Positions 1 through 14,982 of a stretch of 64,000 bases of DNA are shown here, one piece after another. The notes below the pieces were generated by a model. The model saw only the letters and a list, made by a program, of their open reading frames with translations, did no database searches and was not told where the DNA came from. This DNA comes from Heteronotia binoei (Eukaryota), in the NCBI RefSeq assembly GCF_032191835.1, contig NC_083230.1:89962001-90026000 (forward strand). The letters are read 5' to 3'. The stretch's first letter is position 1, and the number at the start of each line of letters is the position of its first letter. The translations under genes and the position numbers were made by a program.

Positions 1-39
1 GAAGCAAGTTGTAGGGCTGCTAGTGGAAGTTTTGGTTCA

Positions 40-480
40 CAGTTGGGCATGACTTATCTGGCCCAGATCATGCAGCTTGGGAGAAGAGGCATGCTGTGAG
101 ACCAGCTGCTGCCAGTTCTCCACCAGCACTTGAGGACCTCCCCCATACCACAATAATTCATCTGTGTGAGAATGACATTGAGAAATACACAGGGAAATCC
201 GTAAGGTTGCAGGCCGTACCTGACATGGGATACCCGAGGGTCTTGCATCTCGGTGGCCTGTTGATGTTGTCAGGCATGCTCCAGAAGAGGGTATCCCTCA
301 CATCCAAGGTAGATTTGTCAGGACCTGTGGCAAGGTAAATGGTGAAGGGAAACATGGGGTTGTCTGAGCAGGTAGTGTTTATCTTGCTCACCCATTCATC
401 TGTTGCACCTGTACAGAGGTGACAGCATGCACCTTTTTGCATGAGGGTTGTATTTTCCTGGGGGATCTGCAGTGAGGCCC
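40..480 (+). mobile_element. Degenerate SGNH-hydrolase ORF remnant, Ngaro-like YR retrotransposon fragment
   Basis: Frameshifted translation gives VGH..., QLGRRGML*DQLLPVL (from 73), PHTTIIHLCENDI and HLYRGDSMHL. These match, in order, the motifs I recall for the hydrolase ORF of Ngaro-group elements (GHS, WLGxRGMxWDQL, IHLGGNDL, LYRxDGVHL). Contains stops and frameshifts. Confidence 0.5.
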
Positions 481-1727
481 AATGGATACCATGATGGAGA
501 CATGGGGTGGGGTGGGCTGAGCCCTCCCGTGGTGATAGAAGTGCAGGTAAAGTTGGTTGATACATAAAAAGCTAAGGAAAGCACCATGAGGAATTAGCAA
601 CCCTCCGACCAGAAACCTGCAGCTTTGGTACCTTCCTAGAGCCAGGGCAGGAACTCACAGGTAAGAGGAAAGAACACAACCTACTTCCCTCAAACACTAG
701 AAAATATTTTGCAAAGAGCCTGGGCAGTATACAACTAGACAGTTCCAATCTTGGAGCCAGAGTGACTTTGTCCAGAAATCAGAGATGAGCAGTCAGAGGA
801 GGCTTGACTCTTCTGCATACCATCAAATGCCTGCACTGGTATGTGTCCTATACCTCTGGCCACAGTGGATCCATATTGTTGGGAGCATGCCTGGACGCTA
901 AGGACCACTATATCACTCTAGATGTATATGTTATCTCCTCAGAGAGATGCCTTTCTTTGTTCTTAACCTGGGAGCTTCTCTCTGACACACACACCACACA
1001 CACACACCCCTCTGTGCATTTTATTCTATACTGGTGTTCTCATGGTTCTTCATAATCTACAGGTCTCTCCTGTAGAAGCAATGTACTCTTAGTTGCACAT
1101 ATGTGCTACTGGATCAGCTGGCCATTTATGACAGGGAACAGTATTCTTGAGATTAGGATTCTTTCTCTCCTTTCGACTGCAACCTGAATGTGAACTACAT
1201 CTACCTTAATAAATGTTTTACCTTTTGCAATATACTTCTTGGGAGTTTACATGCAATATCACACTTATAAGACTGGGCAAACTCTACTATATAGGTTAAA
1301 AATATTCCCAATAACTAATCAATGTAAAAAATTTAAAAGTTGGTTCTTGGATTATTGGCTCCTCTTATTTTGTGTATGCCTACAAACAGATTTCTTGATC
1401 ACAGTTAATAAGGCACTGTCATTCAATCTAAAGAAAAAGCACACTTTGTTGTTAAGTGTGTTTTGTTTAGGATGAATGATAGTATCTTACTAACTGTTGA
1501 TGTCCTCTTGTCCGGAGATCAGATATTGAAATGCATCACCTCTGAGGAATAATCTTCCCTCAAGATCCTTTATTTTTAAAAATTCTGTGTATGAAATTCA
1601 TTCGTGGGAGTTGGGGGGGGGTGTATGTTAATTTTTCCAAAACACCTAGTGGCAGATTAGGTCCCATTCAGCTTTGTTGCATGAGTTGTAAAGCTAACAA
1701 TCTGAGGGAAATCAGACATCTTGCCAT

Positions 1728-1919
1728 CAGTGTTCCCTCTAAACTGAGTTAGTATGAGCTAGCTCACAGCTTTTTAGCCTCCAGCTCACACATTTTTGTC
1801 TTAGCTCAGGAAGGATGACTTCAGGGCACAATAATTTATGCAGTAGCTCACAACTTTAATGCCAGTAGCTCACAAAGTAGAATTTTTGCTCATAAGACTG
1901 CAGCTTAGAGGGAACATTG
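1728..1919. mobile_element. hAT-type non-autonomous DNA transposon (MITE)
   Basis: TIRs CAGTGTTCCCTCT...AGAGGGAACATTG; 8-bp TSD CTTGCCAT/TTTGCCAT (7/8). A related copy lies inverted at 62623-62819. Confidence 0.8.
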
Positions 1920-2082
1920 TTTGCCATGTTCCTATTATGTCCTCAATAGAGGAATATGGAAAAAAATTGGAGAGCTGCACAAAATCAAAATATGAAGCTG
2001 ATGGAAGGGATCCACATTCATGTGAGCTGTCATTTACAATCCTATTGCTGAACCGTAGCCTCTAAACAAATAGTCAAACTCT

Positions 2083-4333
2083 TTTAATAGGACCCACATC
2101 GTGTACACTTATTTTTCAGCTTGGTACTCACAGGCTAGTCCTACTAACATGGAGGTCCTTACACAGGCCTTGGGCCACTTTTCACAAGCGCTGATTGAAA
2201 CTGGTTTTTGATTCTTAAACTTGCACAGTTACAAGTAACAAAATGTGCACTCAATTTAAGATGGCCTGCTTTCTGTCCCACAAATAATTACATTTCAGAC
2301 TCTTGGTGTCACTTGTGAAATGACCACAGGTTTTTTTGCAGCATTGTAACATCAACCAACACTTTACTATTTGGCAGCTTGGTAATTAACTGACATAAGG
2401 CCCTCAGATGTGTTTTTTCATTTGGGTACCACTGTTTTCAGCATCCAAGGAAGCCCAGCAAATATAGTGGAAGCACCAGGGGAAACAGCAATAACACTGG
2501 TCAGCTTCTTTCCCCCTCTAAGCTCTGCAACATTCACAGAAAGGCAAGTTGCCATCACAGTCACATTCTATACTACAATCTTAGATGATATGATCAGGTG
2601 CAAAAAGAAAAACAAAACTTCATTATTAAGTTGCCATGCTATTGCCTCTGTAACACTGGGGATACTTTAAACAATTTGCAGTGTTGTTGCAGGACTTGGG
2701 TTAAAACAACGTAGGGAATCTGCAGAACGGAGCTAAAGAACAACTTCTTATTCTGTTGTCTAATACAAAAACTGATATTCTGAACATTTAAAAATATATC
2801 ACTGTGAAGTAGCACCTTATAAAAGACCTAGGGTTTACTTTATGCTGTTTTCTAAATACTATGATATGGCCATTATTTCATCAAGGATGCCAGCAAACCA
2901 CAATTTTGCCAAGGAAAAGGTAGCATGGAAACACCTCTGATAAATCTTTACTGCAATTCTCCACCTGAAACTGTTGGATCAAATGTAAATTGTCAAGAAT
3001 AAGTATGGCACTTAATATGTTTGTCTTGCTAAAAATACGTTGCTAAATAGCTTGAGGCCTGTTAGAGACCGCCATAAGCATATACTCTACACATTCTCAA
3101 TTTACGGCAAGAAATCAGTCTATAGTACATATTCAATATATAATTAAAATAAATCATCTTAATCTTAACCTCTGCCCAGTAGCAAAATACCAACATTTCT
3201 CTGTAATAGCAACCCAGCAATGACCTCTCTCATATAATAACTAGAAATCACTGATTTTTAAAAACTTTTCCCTGTGGAAATTGTGCACATCCAGAAAACA
3301 AAACCCTGAAATATGGTATTTTCACAAATCTGGTTTGACAAAGAACTAACATTGCAATTTTTTCTTGGCAAAATGAAGCACAAACGTAACATTTCACAGG
3401 TACCATTACCATGCAAATGCATGTTGAATTTTGTTGCTTTTTTAAAACCTTAAACCACAATTAGCATGCAGATTTCCCCCCACCCCAAACTACTGTAAGA
3501 GTTCTTGGTAATGTACCTCTTTGGTGTAACCATAGCCGTTTAGGCAAGATTATACCACTTTAAGGTTAAAGCTTATGAGCAGAACCTTTTCAGGTATGTT
3601 TACACAGTGTACATTTTACCATTAAAAAAAACCCCTAAAAACAAAAAAAGAAAACATAACATGTTACATACATTCTCAAATACAATTCTGCTGAAAACAA
3701 AATTTGGAGTTTAAGAAATAGATGTTTGTTTGTTTTAAACTACAAGGCCACCCCATTTTTATGAACAATTTTAAAAAGTTCCCACCACTAAAAATTTACC
3801 AATATATTTTCTCATTTGTAACAGTCTTACCAGTTCTTTGACTCTTGCTAAACAGCAGCTATCAGGTCTTATGTGTGTTTTTTCTTAAATGCATCATACA
3901 ACTGTATTCTGGGACAGGGACACAACTGTTCTGACAGAAAGTTATGACACCGTGTAACAAAAACAACCTGATATGTTGGTTTTGTCAAAGAATTGTTCCA
4001 TGGCATCCATCTTGTTATGAGGGGCTTCTGTTGTTTACCGGGGACGCATGGCCCGGCTGCTTCAGTTGGTGCTAGCTGCACAACAACACTTCCTGTCTTC
4101 AGAATCCAACTGGTAACTCACAGAACAGCAATATTATCCTTGCAGTTCCAAAACCCATAGGAGCCACATGTACCACAACCTCTTGCCCAAGAAAAGATTC
4201 AAGTAAATGACAGCACCTTTGGCCCACAACCACTCCAGAAGGAAAAAAGAATGTTGTATATTCGCTTAAGAAACTGCATCAGCAAAATTTCACTTGCAGA
4301 GTCTTTCCCCAAACATCGGACCCTTCCTGAACT
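2083..4333 (-). other. ABTB3: Probable 3' UTR of ABTB3/BTBD11
   Basis: Largely repeat-free AT-rich sequence following the stop codon. Candidate ATTAAA signal at 2088-2083 followed by a U-rich tract. The true 3' end cannot be determined from sequence alone. Confidence 0.4.
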
Positions 4334-4723
<390 letters not shown>

Positions 4724-4993
4724 TCACTTGGAAGTGAGCAGTTTATGACTTGGCATGGGATTCTTCTATTGAATCGAAAATGTTCAGGATCCCACAGGGC
4801 CTTCCTCTTTTGATCCTGTCCAAGATTAGTGAAAAGGATGGTTTTAGCTTCGCAAGCTATCTTTAGAGGAAGAGATTTTAAAATGACTGAAGGAGATCAT
4901 TCAAGGAAGAATTTGGATGCACACAAATCAGGTGGCTATAGGAAGACAATCTGTAAAAGATGGGAGTCTATGTAACAAAGGCTTAATCTAGAT

Positions 4994-5129
4994 CAGGGGT
5001 GGCCAACGGTAACTCTCCAGATGTTTTTTGCCTACAACTCCCATCAGCCCCAGCCAGGATGGCCAATGGCTGGGGCTGATGGGAGTTGTAGGTAAAAAAC
5101 ATCTGGAGAGCTACCGTTGGCCACCCCTG
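4994..5129. mobile_element. Palindromic hAT (Charlie-like) MITE
   Basis: TIR CAGGGGTGGCCAA; the whole element is a hairpin; TSD ATCTAGAT/ATCTATAT. Confidence 0.85.
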
Positions 5130-5885
5130 ATCTATATGTTTTTAAAAGCCAGACTCCGTGACTTTGTTGCAAGCACATACTGTGATCTAGTTTTCTCAGA
5201 GTGGTAGATGCTTCCCTGGAAGTCTTCCATGCTAGGGAGGAGAACTATGACGTCAGGGAAGGTTTTACTGCACTGGCCCGATCCACATGGTTCCTGTAGC
5301 AGAATGCTTGCTTTACTGGCATCAGAAAATGATAGTGGCTGTCACATACTAGTAGTGAGCATGAATGATGCTTCTAACTCTTATACCAGCTCATTGTAGC
5401 TACTGGCTCATGGCTGCAGAGGTCATCAGAAAGATCATGCTACAGCAGTTGCAAAATAAAACATTTTTTATTTTATTTCTAGAAAACAAAAATTTTGCTG
5501 ACAGCAAAAGTACAAAAACCCCATCACCATATTACAGTTTAGTGAGGAAGAAGAGCAAGGTCTGTAGCGGAGGTTGAAAAGAACTCTAGATTTCTTAAGG
5601 CCATCTTCTCAGTTCAGAACGAAGGTGAGATTTTTCATTGATGTCATCTCCTGGCTAACTTTTAGCCTTTAAGTTACATCAACTCTTGGAAAGATGCTTC
5701 CAATTCTTTGTTTTTATTAAGGCCACTGAATGAATTGATTGGTCTCGAAAACAGAGGTCGCATGCATGATATTACATGTAAAGTGCAAACTGAATAATGG
5801 TAATATGGTAAAGTGATTCGATTCCTTAGCAAAGTGTCCCTTAACTATAATATCTGCACTCCCTGGTACACATACACTCATATCA

Positions 5886-6035
<150 letters not shown>

Positions 6036-6843
6036 CTATTATTGCAGGGTCTTAGTAGGAGGTGGAAGGGTAATGGATTGTTAACATCTGCTTTCAGTTT
6101 CTTTCTCTCCTCCACTCCATTCCTCATCTTTTTGTGCACTGCATATACCATCTTAGAACAGAGCTCAAATGAATTACAGTAAATCCTTAAGCTCCGTTAA
6201 TAAGATAATTCCCCTTACTCATTTTCTGTGTTATAAAGAAATGGCAGGATGAGGTCAGACCAGAAGAACCTATTGTCAATAAATGGCAAGCCAAAAGTAC
6301 AACTAGGAAAACATTGTGGATTTTAAAAGTGCATATGATAAAGGAAGCAGCAAACCGCATAGTCCACATGTTCCTTTCTTTCCATTTTCCTATGGTATCT
6401 GGCAAAGGGATTAAGGTGGTTTTTGTAATACTTCAGAAACCTGCAAAACCCTTTTTCCAGAAACCACCATAGGTCAGAAAAATGAAACAGTGTATCTGTA
6501 GGCAGTGACAGCTTTCTTATACCACCTTCATGTCTCCATTATTTTAAATCAGCCAAAGTACTCAAAGCCATGTCAGAGAATGACTAAGGACTTTGCCTAT
6601 AGTTCCTTCTTTGAGCAGTGTGAATGGACTATTCCTTGTTTAACTCCTCTACTATTACTTTTACATGTTTACTAGATATTCTGGAAGTTATTTGGAGTTT
6701 TTTTAATGTAATGAGAGGTTACAACCATTTGTTACTTGACACTGCAAGAGAAGAAATAATAAAAACAACCTGCAGAAATTCACTATTGATCTAAGTACTC
6801 CTTTTTAAATCTGTAAACATAGCTAATCACTTGTTGATTTTTA

Positions 6844-7023
<180 letters not shown>

Positions 7024-7169
7024 TCAATTTTCTCTTTAGAAGTTATTGCACAGAGACAGCATTTCAGATTGGAAGAGAGGCAAGAACTGCACTAGTGCCT
7101 TGAAGCTCTGGTCTGGTGGCTAGGGCAGAACAAGCTGAAGCTGAAATCCAGACATAACAGAGGTGGTGC

Positions 7170-7800
7170 TGGTTGGGAAGCCTGATGTTTTACAGGGACT
7201 GGCTCCACTTGTAATGGATGGAGTGGTTAGCATCTGCAGAGCAGGTTACGAATTTGGGGATGCTCATGAACCAAGCCCTGCTGTTTGAAAAGCAGGTTGA
7301 GATAGTGCCCAAGAGTGCCTTCCATTAGCTGTATTTGGTGCAACAACTTTTTCTTAGATTCAGCTAATCCGGAAACTTTGATTCTTGGTTCTGTAACCTC
7401 TTGGCTGGATTACTGTAATGCACTCTGTTGGGCTGCCCTTGAAGACAACCTAGAAACTGCAGCTGGTTCAGAATGCAGCAACCCATCTATTTTCAGAGGC
7501 TAGCTGATGGGAACAGTTACACTGGCTGCCAATTTGTTTCTTATTTCAATTCAAGGTGCAGTTTATGACCTGTAACCTTTTATGGCCCAGGACCTGCTAG
7601 TCTAAAGAGCCATCTCTTCCCATAAGACCCTGTGAGCCAACTGTGATGCTCATGCTGCCACCTACTGGTTGTTCCCTCTCTTGGCAGCCTGCCTGCCACC
7701 ATCCAGTGCTTGCACCTTCTCCAGTGCAGCTCCCACTTTGCGGAACAGGCTTCCTCAGGAGGTTGGGGACACTGTCTCGAGAAAAACCTTACAAACCCCA
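7170..7800 (+). mobile_element. L2-clade LINE ORF2 3' remnant
   Basis: Translates VTSWLDYCNAL (7393-7425) and KLQLVQNAA (7454-7480), the L2 ORF2 C-terminal motifs; stops and frameshifts present. Confidence 0.8.
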
Positions 7801-8076
7801 TAAACTATAGTCAGACCTGAAACAGTATCAGCCAGTCTGAGAAAATTGCAGAAGCCAGTTGCAGTTCAAAGCAGTTTTCTTGTGATACTTTAGGGGCCTG
7901 GGTAGCTTTTGGCTTCTACAAGTGGCTTAGTGTCCATAGTTTATGGATTGCAGAATGCAGTTGTTCTTTGCAGATTTGGAGGGATCCTGGTGTACAATTC
8001 CAGTTTCTTTAGCTCTGTACCAATCATACACAAAGTCGCACTCTCACATGGATTACTCATGAATGGTATTTAGCTA

Positions 8077-8478
<402 letters not shown>

Positions 8479-9773
8479 TTACAATGCAAATACAAATATG
8501 CAAAAGAAAAAGCAGAATGCCAGTTTTGGAAATAACCACTGAAGCTAGCCCATTAATGGTAGTTTGATTTGAAACAGTTGGCAGGTGATAATGTTTAGAA
8601 AAGTTTTGCTTGCTGATTCCTGCATATGAAACCTCTGTTAAAGTCACAGCAGAAGGCTAAGAATTTTTTTTATAGCCAATAAGGAACCTGAGTGAGATGG
8701 TAACTCTAAGAAACCACAAGACCTAGATGTTTTGCTAGGAAAATCCCAGTAGCTTGCACTTTTTAAATCTTTTACAGCTTTACCTACATAAAAATATATT
8801 GGCAGGCTGAAAACCCTAAAATGATTTTGGGCAAATTAAGCATTAAATGCCTTTGCTGCCCAAAGACTAAAATGTTTTAATGAAGCTGTCCAATTTTTCT
8901 TAAATTAAGAATGCAGCAAAAAGAAAACTGCCATAATCAACTTAAAAACAAAGAAAGAAACCCATCTACAACCAACATGGCAGTCAAAACTGCCGAGAGA
9001 ATAACAGCATCAATTAACCAAGGTCCTGACAAACAGGAAGGTCTTAGACACACCACTGGAAAATGGTGAGTGGGTCAGGAAGGCCTCCACAGTCATGGAG
9101 TTCTGAAAGGAGGGCACCACTCCAGAAAAGGCCTTGTTCCTTCTAGTCAGTCACTATATTTAAAGGAGAATAAGCTAATGAAAAGACCTTGATTGATGGG
9201 CTCAGAATCCCCAGAGGAACACCTTGTTTTTCTAAGAGAGATCTCTTAGGCTTGAACAAAGTAGTTAAAATACATGTTTATATGCCACCAACAGCAGTCT
9301 GATTTCTAGTTTCTCCCTCTACATTCTCAGTGGTACACCCCATCTGTTTCCTGACAACACTGTATGAAGAGGAGGAGATTGGATTTATACCCCACTCTTC
9401 ACGGACAGGGTTGGCTCAAGGATTTTTGGCACCCTTAGCAAATTATGACTTTGGTACCCTCAACTTCAGTACAGAAAATAAGTATAATTTTTACTTTTAT
9501 TTCTTTACATTCAAAATGAATGTGGTAAAAATAACAACAGATATTTTATTGTTTTTTTTCTTTCCCTTATGTTCACTTCTATCAGATTTTTTGAACCCAT
9601 GTCATTTGCTCTGTCCCAAACTTGCCCAGTCCCATAGTATCCACCTTCTAAAAACACTTGATGTGGTGAAATAGCCTTCCACAGCAAGGTCCTCTTATGT
9701 AAGCTTTAATAATTCCCAACTATATATTTCCCTCAATACTTGCATTAGTTTGGTCATGTTAGTTATATATTTA

Positions 9774-9884
<111 letters not shown>

Positions 9885-10768
9885 TTAAAAAAAAGACAAT
9901 AAACAGGAAGAAATTTCAGTTGAAAGCAAGTTAAATAACTGGCATGCTTGATCCTCTACCAGTGGTAAAAGGCAACAGTTTAAGAAGACATGTTTCTTAG
10001 CAGCATACACCTTTCAAGTTATTTTGGAGAAGCGTCTAAAATGGAATATATTCTGTTACATATTCTAATAGAATTTATACAAAGTATACTCAAAACCTTT
10101 GAAATACATTATTATCTTTTTTAAAGAGAATGGGCATCCTTCCTGTGTAGCATTTCTGGACAAAGAGATGAATTTTGAAGAAAAGTTCTTGCCCTGTTCT
10201 TCCAAAGCTAGCTATTCTTCTCTTTAAGTAAGACTGTCCCCAGCATTCACATTCCTCTTTCAACTATTTCTTTCCCCATTACTATAGCAGAAGAAAGGAG
10301 CTTAAAATGTGATGTAACATCCAAGATAAATAGAATCCTGGCCCACTTATGCCTACATTAGCACATTAATTGAGAAAAAGATTCAAAATAGAAAACAAGG
10401 GACCTCATCTGTAGCCAATCCATTGATTGTAATGAGAACAGAGGGTGAAAAATGCAAACTAACATTTTCTGTTAACTCTTGATAGTTAAAAGGTTTTGTT
10501 TTTATGCTTCCCAGGTAGTTTTAGGTCCACAAATACAAAGTGATAAAAACTGAAAAGAGACAGCTCTAATATCCTAATTTTCAAGGACAATGTTTCTGCA
10601 GCAGCTGCAGGAACAAAATATGGGTCCATCTTCTCCTTAACGTTCCAGCAACTCCCCTTCCTCAGAACCATCACAGATAACTGGTATACAATTTGAGAAA
10701 GGGGGCATTTTCTACTTGATTCCAAGATCACAAGAACATGTATGTGGAAGTTCCACTAACATTATTAG

Positions 10769-10927
10769 CAAAGGTTGTTTTGTAGAAAAATAGGTGGTGG
10801 AGCTCATCCAGGGATTGTTATGCAGCTGTACCTACTATTCAATGGTCAAGGTGGGGAGGAGGAGGGAGAACCGTCAGAAAAGTTCAGGAGCTGTGCTCCT
10901 GTGAGCTCCTGCTGAATTCAAGGCCTG
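10769..10927. mobile_element. Short hAT-like repeat (family also at about 15002-15160 and 59917-60383)
   Basis: Shared core tccagggattgttatgcagctg(c/t)acctactattcaatgg in three copies; ends with GAATTCAAGGCCTG. Confidence 0.65.
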
Positions 10928-11448
10928 ATTATGGATATCTCAGAGAATTTCCATAAAGCTCCTACTGGCCTCCCATTCAGGCTATGGGTCAGGCACCCCG
11001 TTGCTGAGCTTTACAGCATCAGGAGCTCCCTGACAAGCTCCAAAGAAAGCCCAGATAAGGAACATAGTTTTGGTAGCGCAGGAAAACCTACAGTTGGTAC
11101 AACTAATGTTCTCTTACCACATATACAGATTTACATCCAGCCCTTCTGTTTCAGACCAAGAGTCTAATTAGACCAGCATCCTTTTTGCAGCAGTGGTCAG
11201 GCAGATGCTTCCAAGATGAAGCTGCCGAAGCAGAACATGAAGGCAACTGCTCTCTGCTACTGTATTCAAAGGCATGTTGCTGCTCAACTTGGAGGTTTGG
11301 CTTAGCTGACCATGGGTAATAACCATTTTTATTGCTATCATCCATTAACCTGTCAAGCTTTTTCCCAAGGTAGTGGCCAACTATCCCTTCACAGTGAATT
11401 CCATAACTAACCCACTATCTGTAGTTTGGACACGCATGAATATATGAA

Positions 11449-11640
11449 GCTGCCTTATAATGAGTCAAACCACTGTTTCATCTAGTCCAGCAGTTTCTGC
11501 TCCAACACGCAGTAGCACAGCAGGGTCTCAGAAAAGGTCTTTTCAATTTCTCCTATCCTTTAATTGGAGAAATCAAGGACTGAATTTAGGACTTTATGCA
11601 GCCCAAAATGTGTGTTCAACCACTGAGCTGTGACTCCTTC
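11449..11640 (-). mobile_element. tRNA-derived SINE with CR1/L2-like tail (degenerate)
   Basis: Reverse strand shows an A-box/B-box-like head (cagctcagtggttgaac...) and a catctagtccagc tail; similar to 42365-42560. Confidence 0.55.
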
Positions 11641-12674
11641 CAAAATATTATTTCCCAAATTATTATTTACTGCCAATCAATTTGTTGGGGGATACATTCC
11701 TCTCTCTCCACCTCTCCCCGCCCTTCATTCCATACCATTATAATTCCATAGACCTTTATGGTGTCTTATTTTAGCTGTTTTGCAAAAAAAGCTCTAGCCG
11801 TATAAAATAATTTAGCCATTTCTAATATGGAAGGCGCTTCAGTATTCCAAGTGTGACCAAGCCATATATTTGCCATATTGTTTTCAGCTCCTTTTCAATA
11901 ACTTCCAACACTGTTAGCTTTTGCCATTGTCTTTGACTGCCGGCTAGATGTTTTCAGGGACCTGTGTATGCTGCTCTGAACTTCTTGGAGGAACTGTTAC
12001 AAAGTCCACTCAGCTTTCTGCACACTAACAATATGTTAAACAGATCTGCACCCTTCTAAGTCGCTGGACTTAGACACTGGGTTTGAGATACTGGTGTAAC
12101 TCTGCTTGTTCAAAACCAAGGCACATATATTTCAGTTCTGAATGCAAATGACATCATTAGAATTTCAAGGTTGACTGGCATTAATGTAGCCAGTTCCTGT
12201 CAAAACACATCCTGTAAACAAACTGCAAATTTAGCAATCTGCATCCCTCAAACTTCAACTATTATTCATTTCAAAACTTTTGATTGTTGTGGAAAATTCT
12301 AAACCTGGATGGTAAAATTTAGATGAGATGACATGTTTTTCTGCCATAAATTCCATTGGCTCCCAAAGGAGCACAGGCTCCAGAACTGCAGAGCAACTAC
12401 CAGATACGCCTTTCTTATGTGATCTCATCATTTATACTTGATGCATGGAGGCATAATGAAGAGGCTATGCATGGTGAGCTGAAGGGGCAAAGACAGAAAG
12501 GATGCACTCTTTTGTCTGTCCTCTCTCTCTCTCGCAGCATGATTAGCACTTGAAGTGTTGGAATTCTAAAAGATAAAGCAAACTTCAGATGAGATTGGAG
12601 ACTCCTTTCTAAACTTGGAGTCTAAGAAATTTCAATGATTGTGCATACGTTGTTGTTACTGTCATTTTTATTCA

Positions 12675-12884
<210 letters not shown>

Positions 12885-13469
12885 CTAAAACAGACAAAAT
12901 ACAAAATGAAAGGTACAGCTAGCAGATTAGAAGAGTCACTCAGAAAGAGTAACAAAATATGCACACCAGATTTTGGAAATATAAACTTTACATTTTTCAT
13001 GAATATTGTAACTTTCAGCATCTTATGGAGTATCTCAAATAACTGCTCTAGGATATACTGGGTCCTTCTCTTGTCATCCAAGTCAGCTAACAGGCTACAA
13101 CAGTGGATGCAATGTGCAAATACCTTAGGTGTAGCATCACTAGTATAACTACACAGTAGTTTTCTTTCTAAACATGATGGGGTTATAGAGAAATGGGGTG
13201 TATCCTATCAAAGTACTGAAAATCACAGTATCTGGCTGCTTCATGCATACTTTGGACATTAGGAGATTGGAGAAAAGAAAAGGTATGGGGCAGTTCATTC
13301 TATTCAATGGAACAGCAAAGAGAGAAAAGACACTGGGAAATCAGAAAGAAACAAACAATATGAGATGAACTGCACATTGTAAATGCAATTGGATTTGAAA
13401 ATTGAGGGTAGAACAACGTGCAGGAACAAGGGTGCAAAACATGCAAATCTTAACGGGTCTAACCATACA

Positions 13470-13820
13470 GTACATTTCCCCCTGGTATGTCTCTGGGTTG
13501 TGTTGGAATCTATGCCTCCCTGTTATGAGTAGGCATAATTTGAATCAGGGAGAAGGGACTTAAGCCATCCTTGTGCCATTTTCCTGAACTTTAACAACCA
13601 CAGGGAGCACTATATGCCCCACTCTGGAAACCTACATCTGCCCTGCTGCCAGTATACTTGCAGTCCTCAAAGCAGTAAACAGAGGTCAGAAAAATGGCAC
13701 ACAGAGAGCTTAATCCCACCTCCCCACATATTATGGTCATGATCTGAATCAAGCCCATATGCACCTGTGAGGCACAGACTCCCCAAACATACTACCAACC
13801 CATGGCCATTTCCAGGGGGA
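13470..13820. mobile_element. Old palindromic MITE
   Basis: Degenerate inverted arms ttccccctgg...gtgccatttt and aaaaatggcac...ccagggggaa. Confidence 0.5.
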
Positions 13821-14625
13821 AAAAGGCATTGAAGGCAGTGCTGAACTACTTATTCAAAAAACAAAAATCACATTATGATCCCTCTTGTTCCATTTCTGAT
13901 CACAGGCAAAAGAATTCACTTCTGAAATGCTGCCCCCCCCCCACATAAAACCTTCCTGGAAAACTAAAATATTGAAGAGAAGGGCTCTTTTTACATATCA
14001 AGACTTTTCTGCATATCAGGCCTGCAATTCGACATGGAATTAACAGATTGTTTCTAGCATGTTATTTATCTGAAAAAGATCAGCCCTAGGAAAGTTACAT
14101 GTGGATAAATTAAAACTAAGTCTGCATCTCAAGAAAAACATTCTGTTTAGCCACTCTGCAGGAAACAACAGTTGTGTCCCAAGCAACCTCTCTCACATCC
14201 ACTGTCTTTTCAAACCCACTTCCAGCTAGCCTGAGGAATCAAAAGGATGGTGGGTCCATTTATCATTAAAAAACATTTATCTCCCTCCTGACCCATTTGC
14301 CTTCTGTAACAAATAATGAAACCTGGCAGATTTAATTTCCCCTTCAGTTGATTGAAAAGAATATCTGAATTGGGTACCATTTGTGCCAGAATTAAGGGAA
14401 ATATCACTTCTGACTGAAAAATATAGTGGGGAACTCAAATATAACCTGGGTAAAACAAAATGTGTACCTAAGTAGCACTAAACACTGATCTTGATTGGCC
14501 AATAATCTTACAGCAAAAATCTGCCTCAGGAGTATCCTTTTGGAATCGGGAAGGGTTCCTGCCTGCCTCCATGAAGGAAGATCATAGATATGTATGTAGG
14601 GAGATGCTATTAATATGTACCTTAT

Positions 14626-14982
14626 TAGGGTTTCCATTTGCCCAGTGGGGACGGGGGACTCCCAATGTTGTGGCTCCCACCCCCAAACAAACGTTCCCAT
14701 GTGAGGTCGGTGATGTGCTGTCATCACTTCCAGAAATGACATCATCACTTTGGTGATGCCAGGGGTAACATTCTACTTTTTGGGTGAAACCATTTGGGTG
14801 AAACCATTGTAGCCATTTTTACCAGAGTTTTGCTCAAAAAGCAGAGTGTCGCCCCAATTGTGACACAATGACGTAACTTCCAGAGGTGTCATCAGCGTGT
14901 CACTGACATCCCCACCCACCCCCAGATTGCCCCCCAAATCCCACCCCCCCTGCTGGCAAGACGAAGCTACCTGGCAACCCTA
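14626..14982. mobile_element. hAT (Blackjack-like TIR) MITE
   Basis: TAGGGTTTCCA...TGGCAACCCTA; TSD TACCTTAT/TCCCTTAT. Confidence 0.75.
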
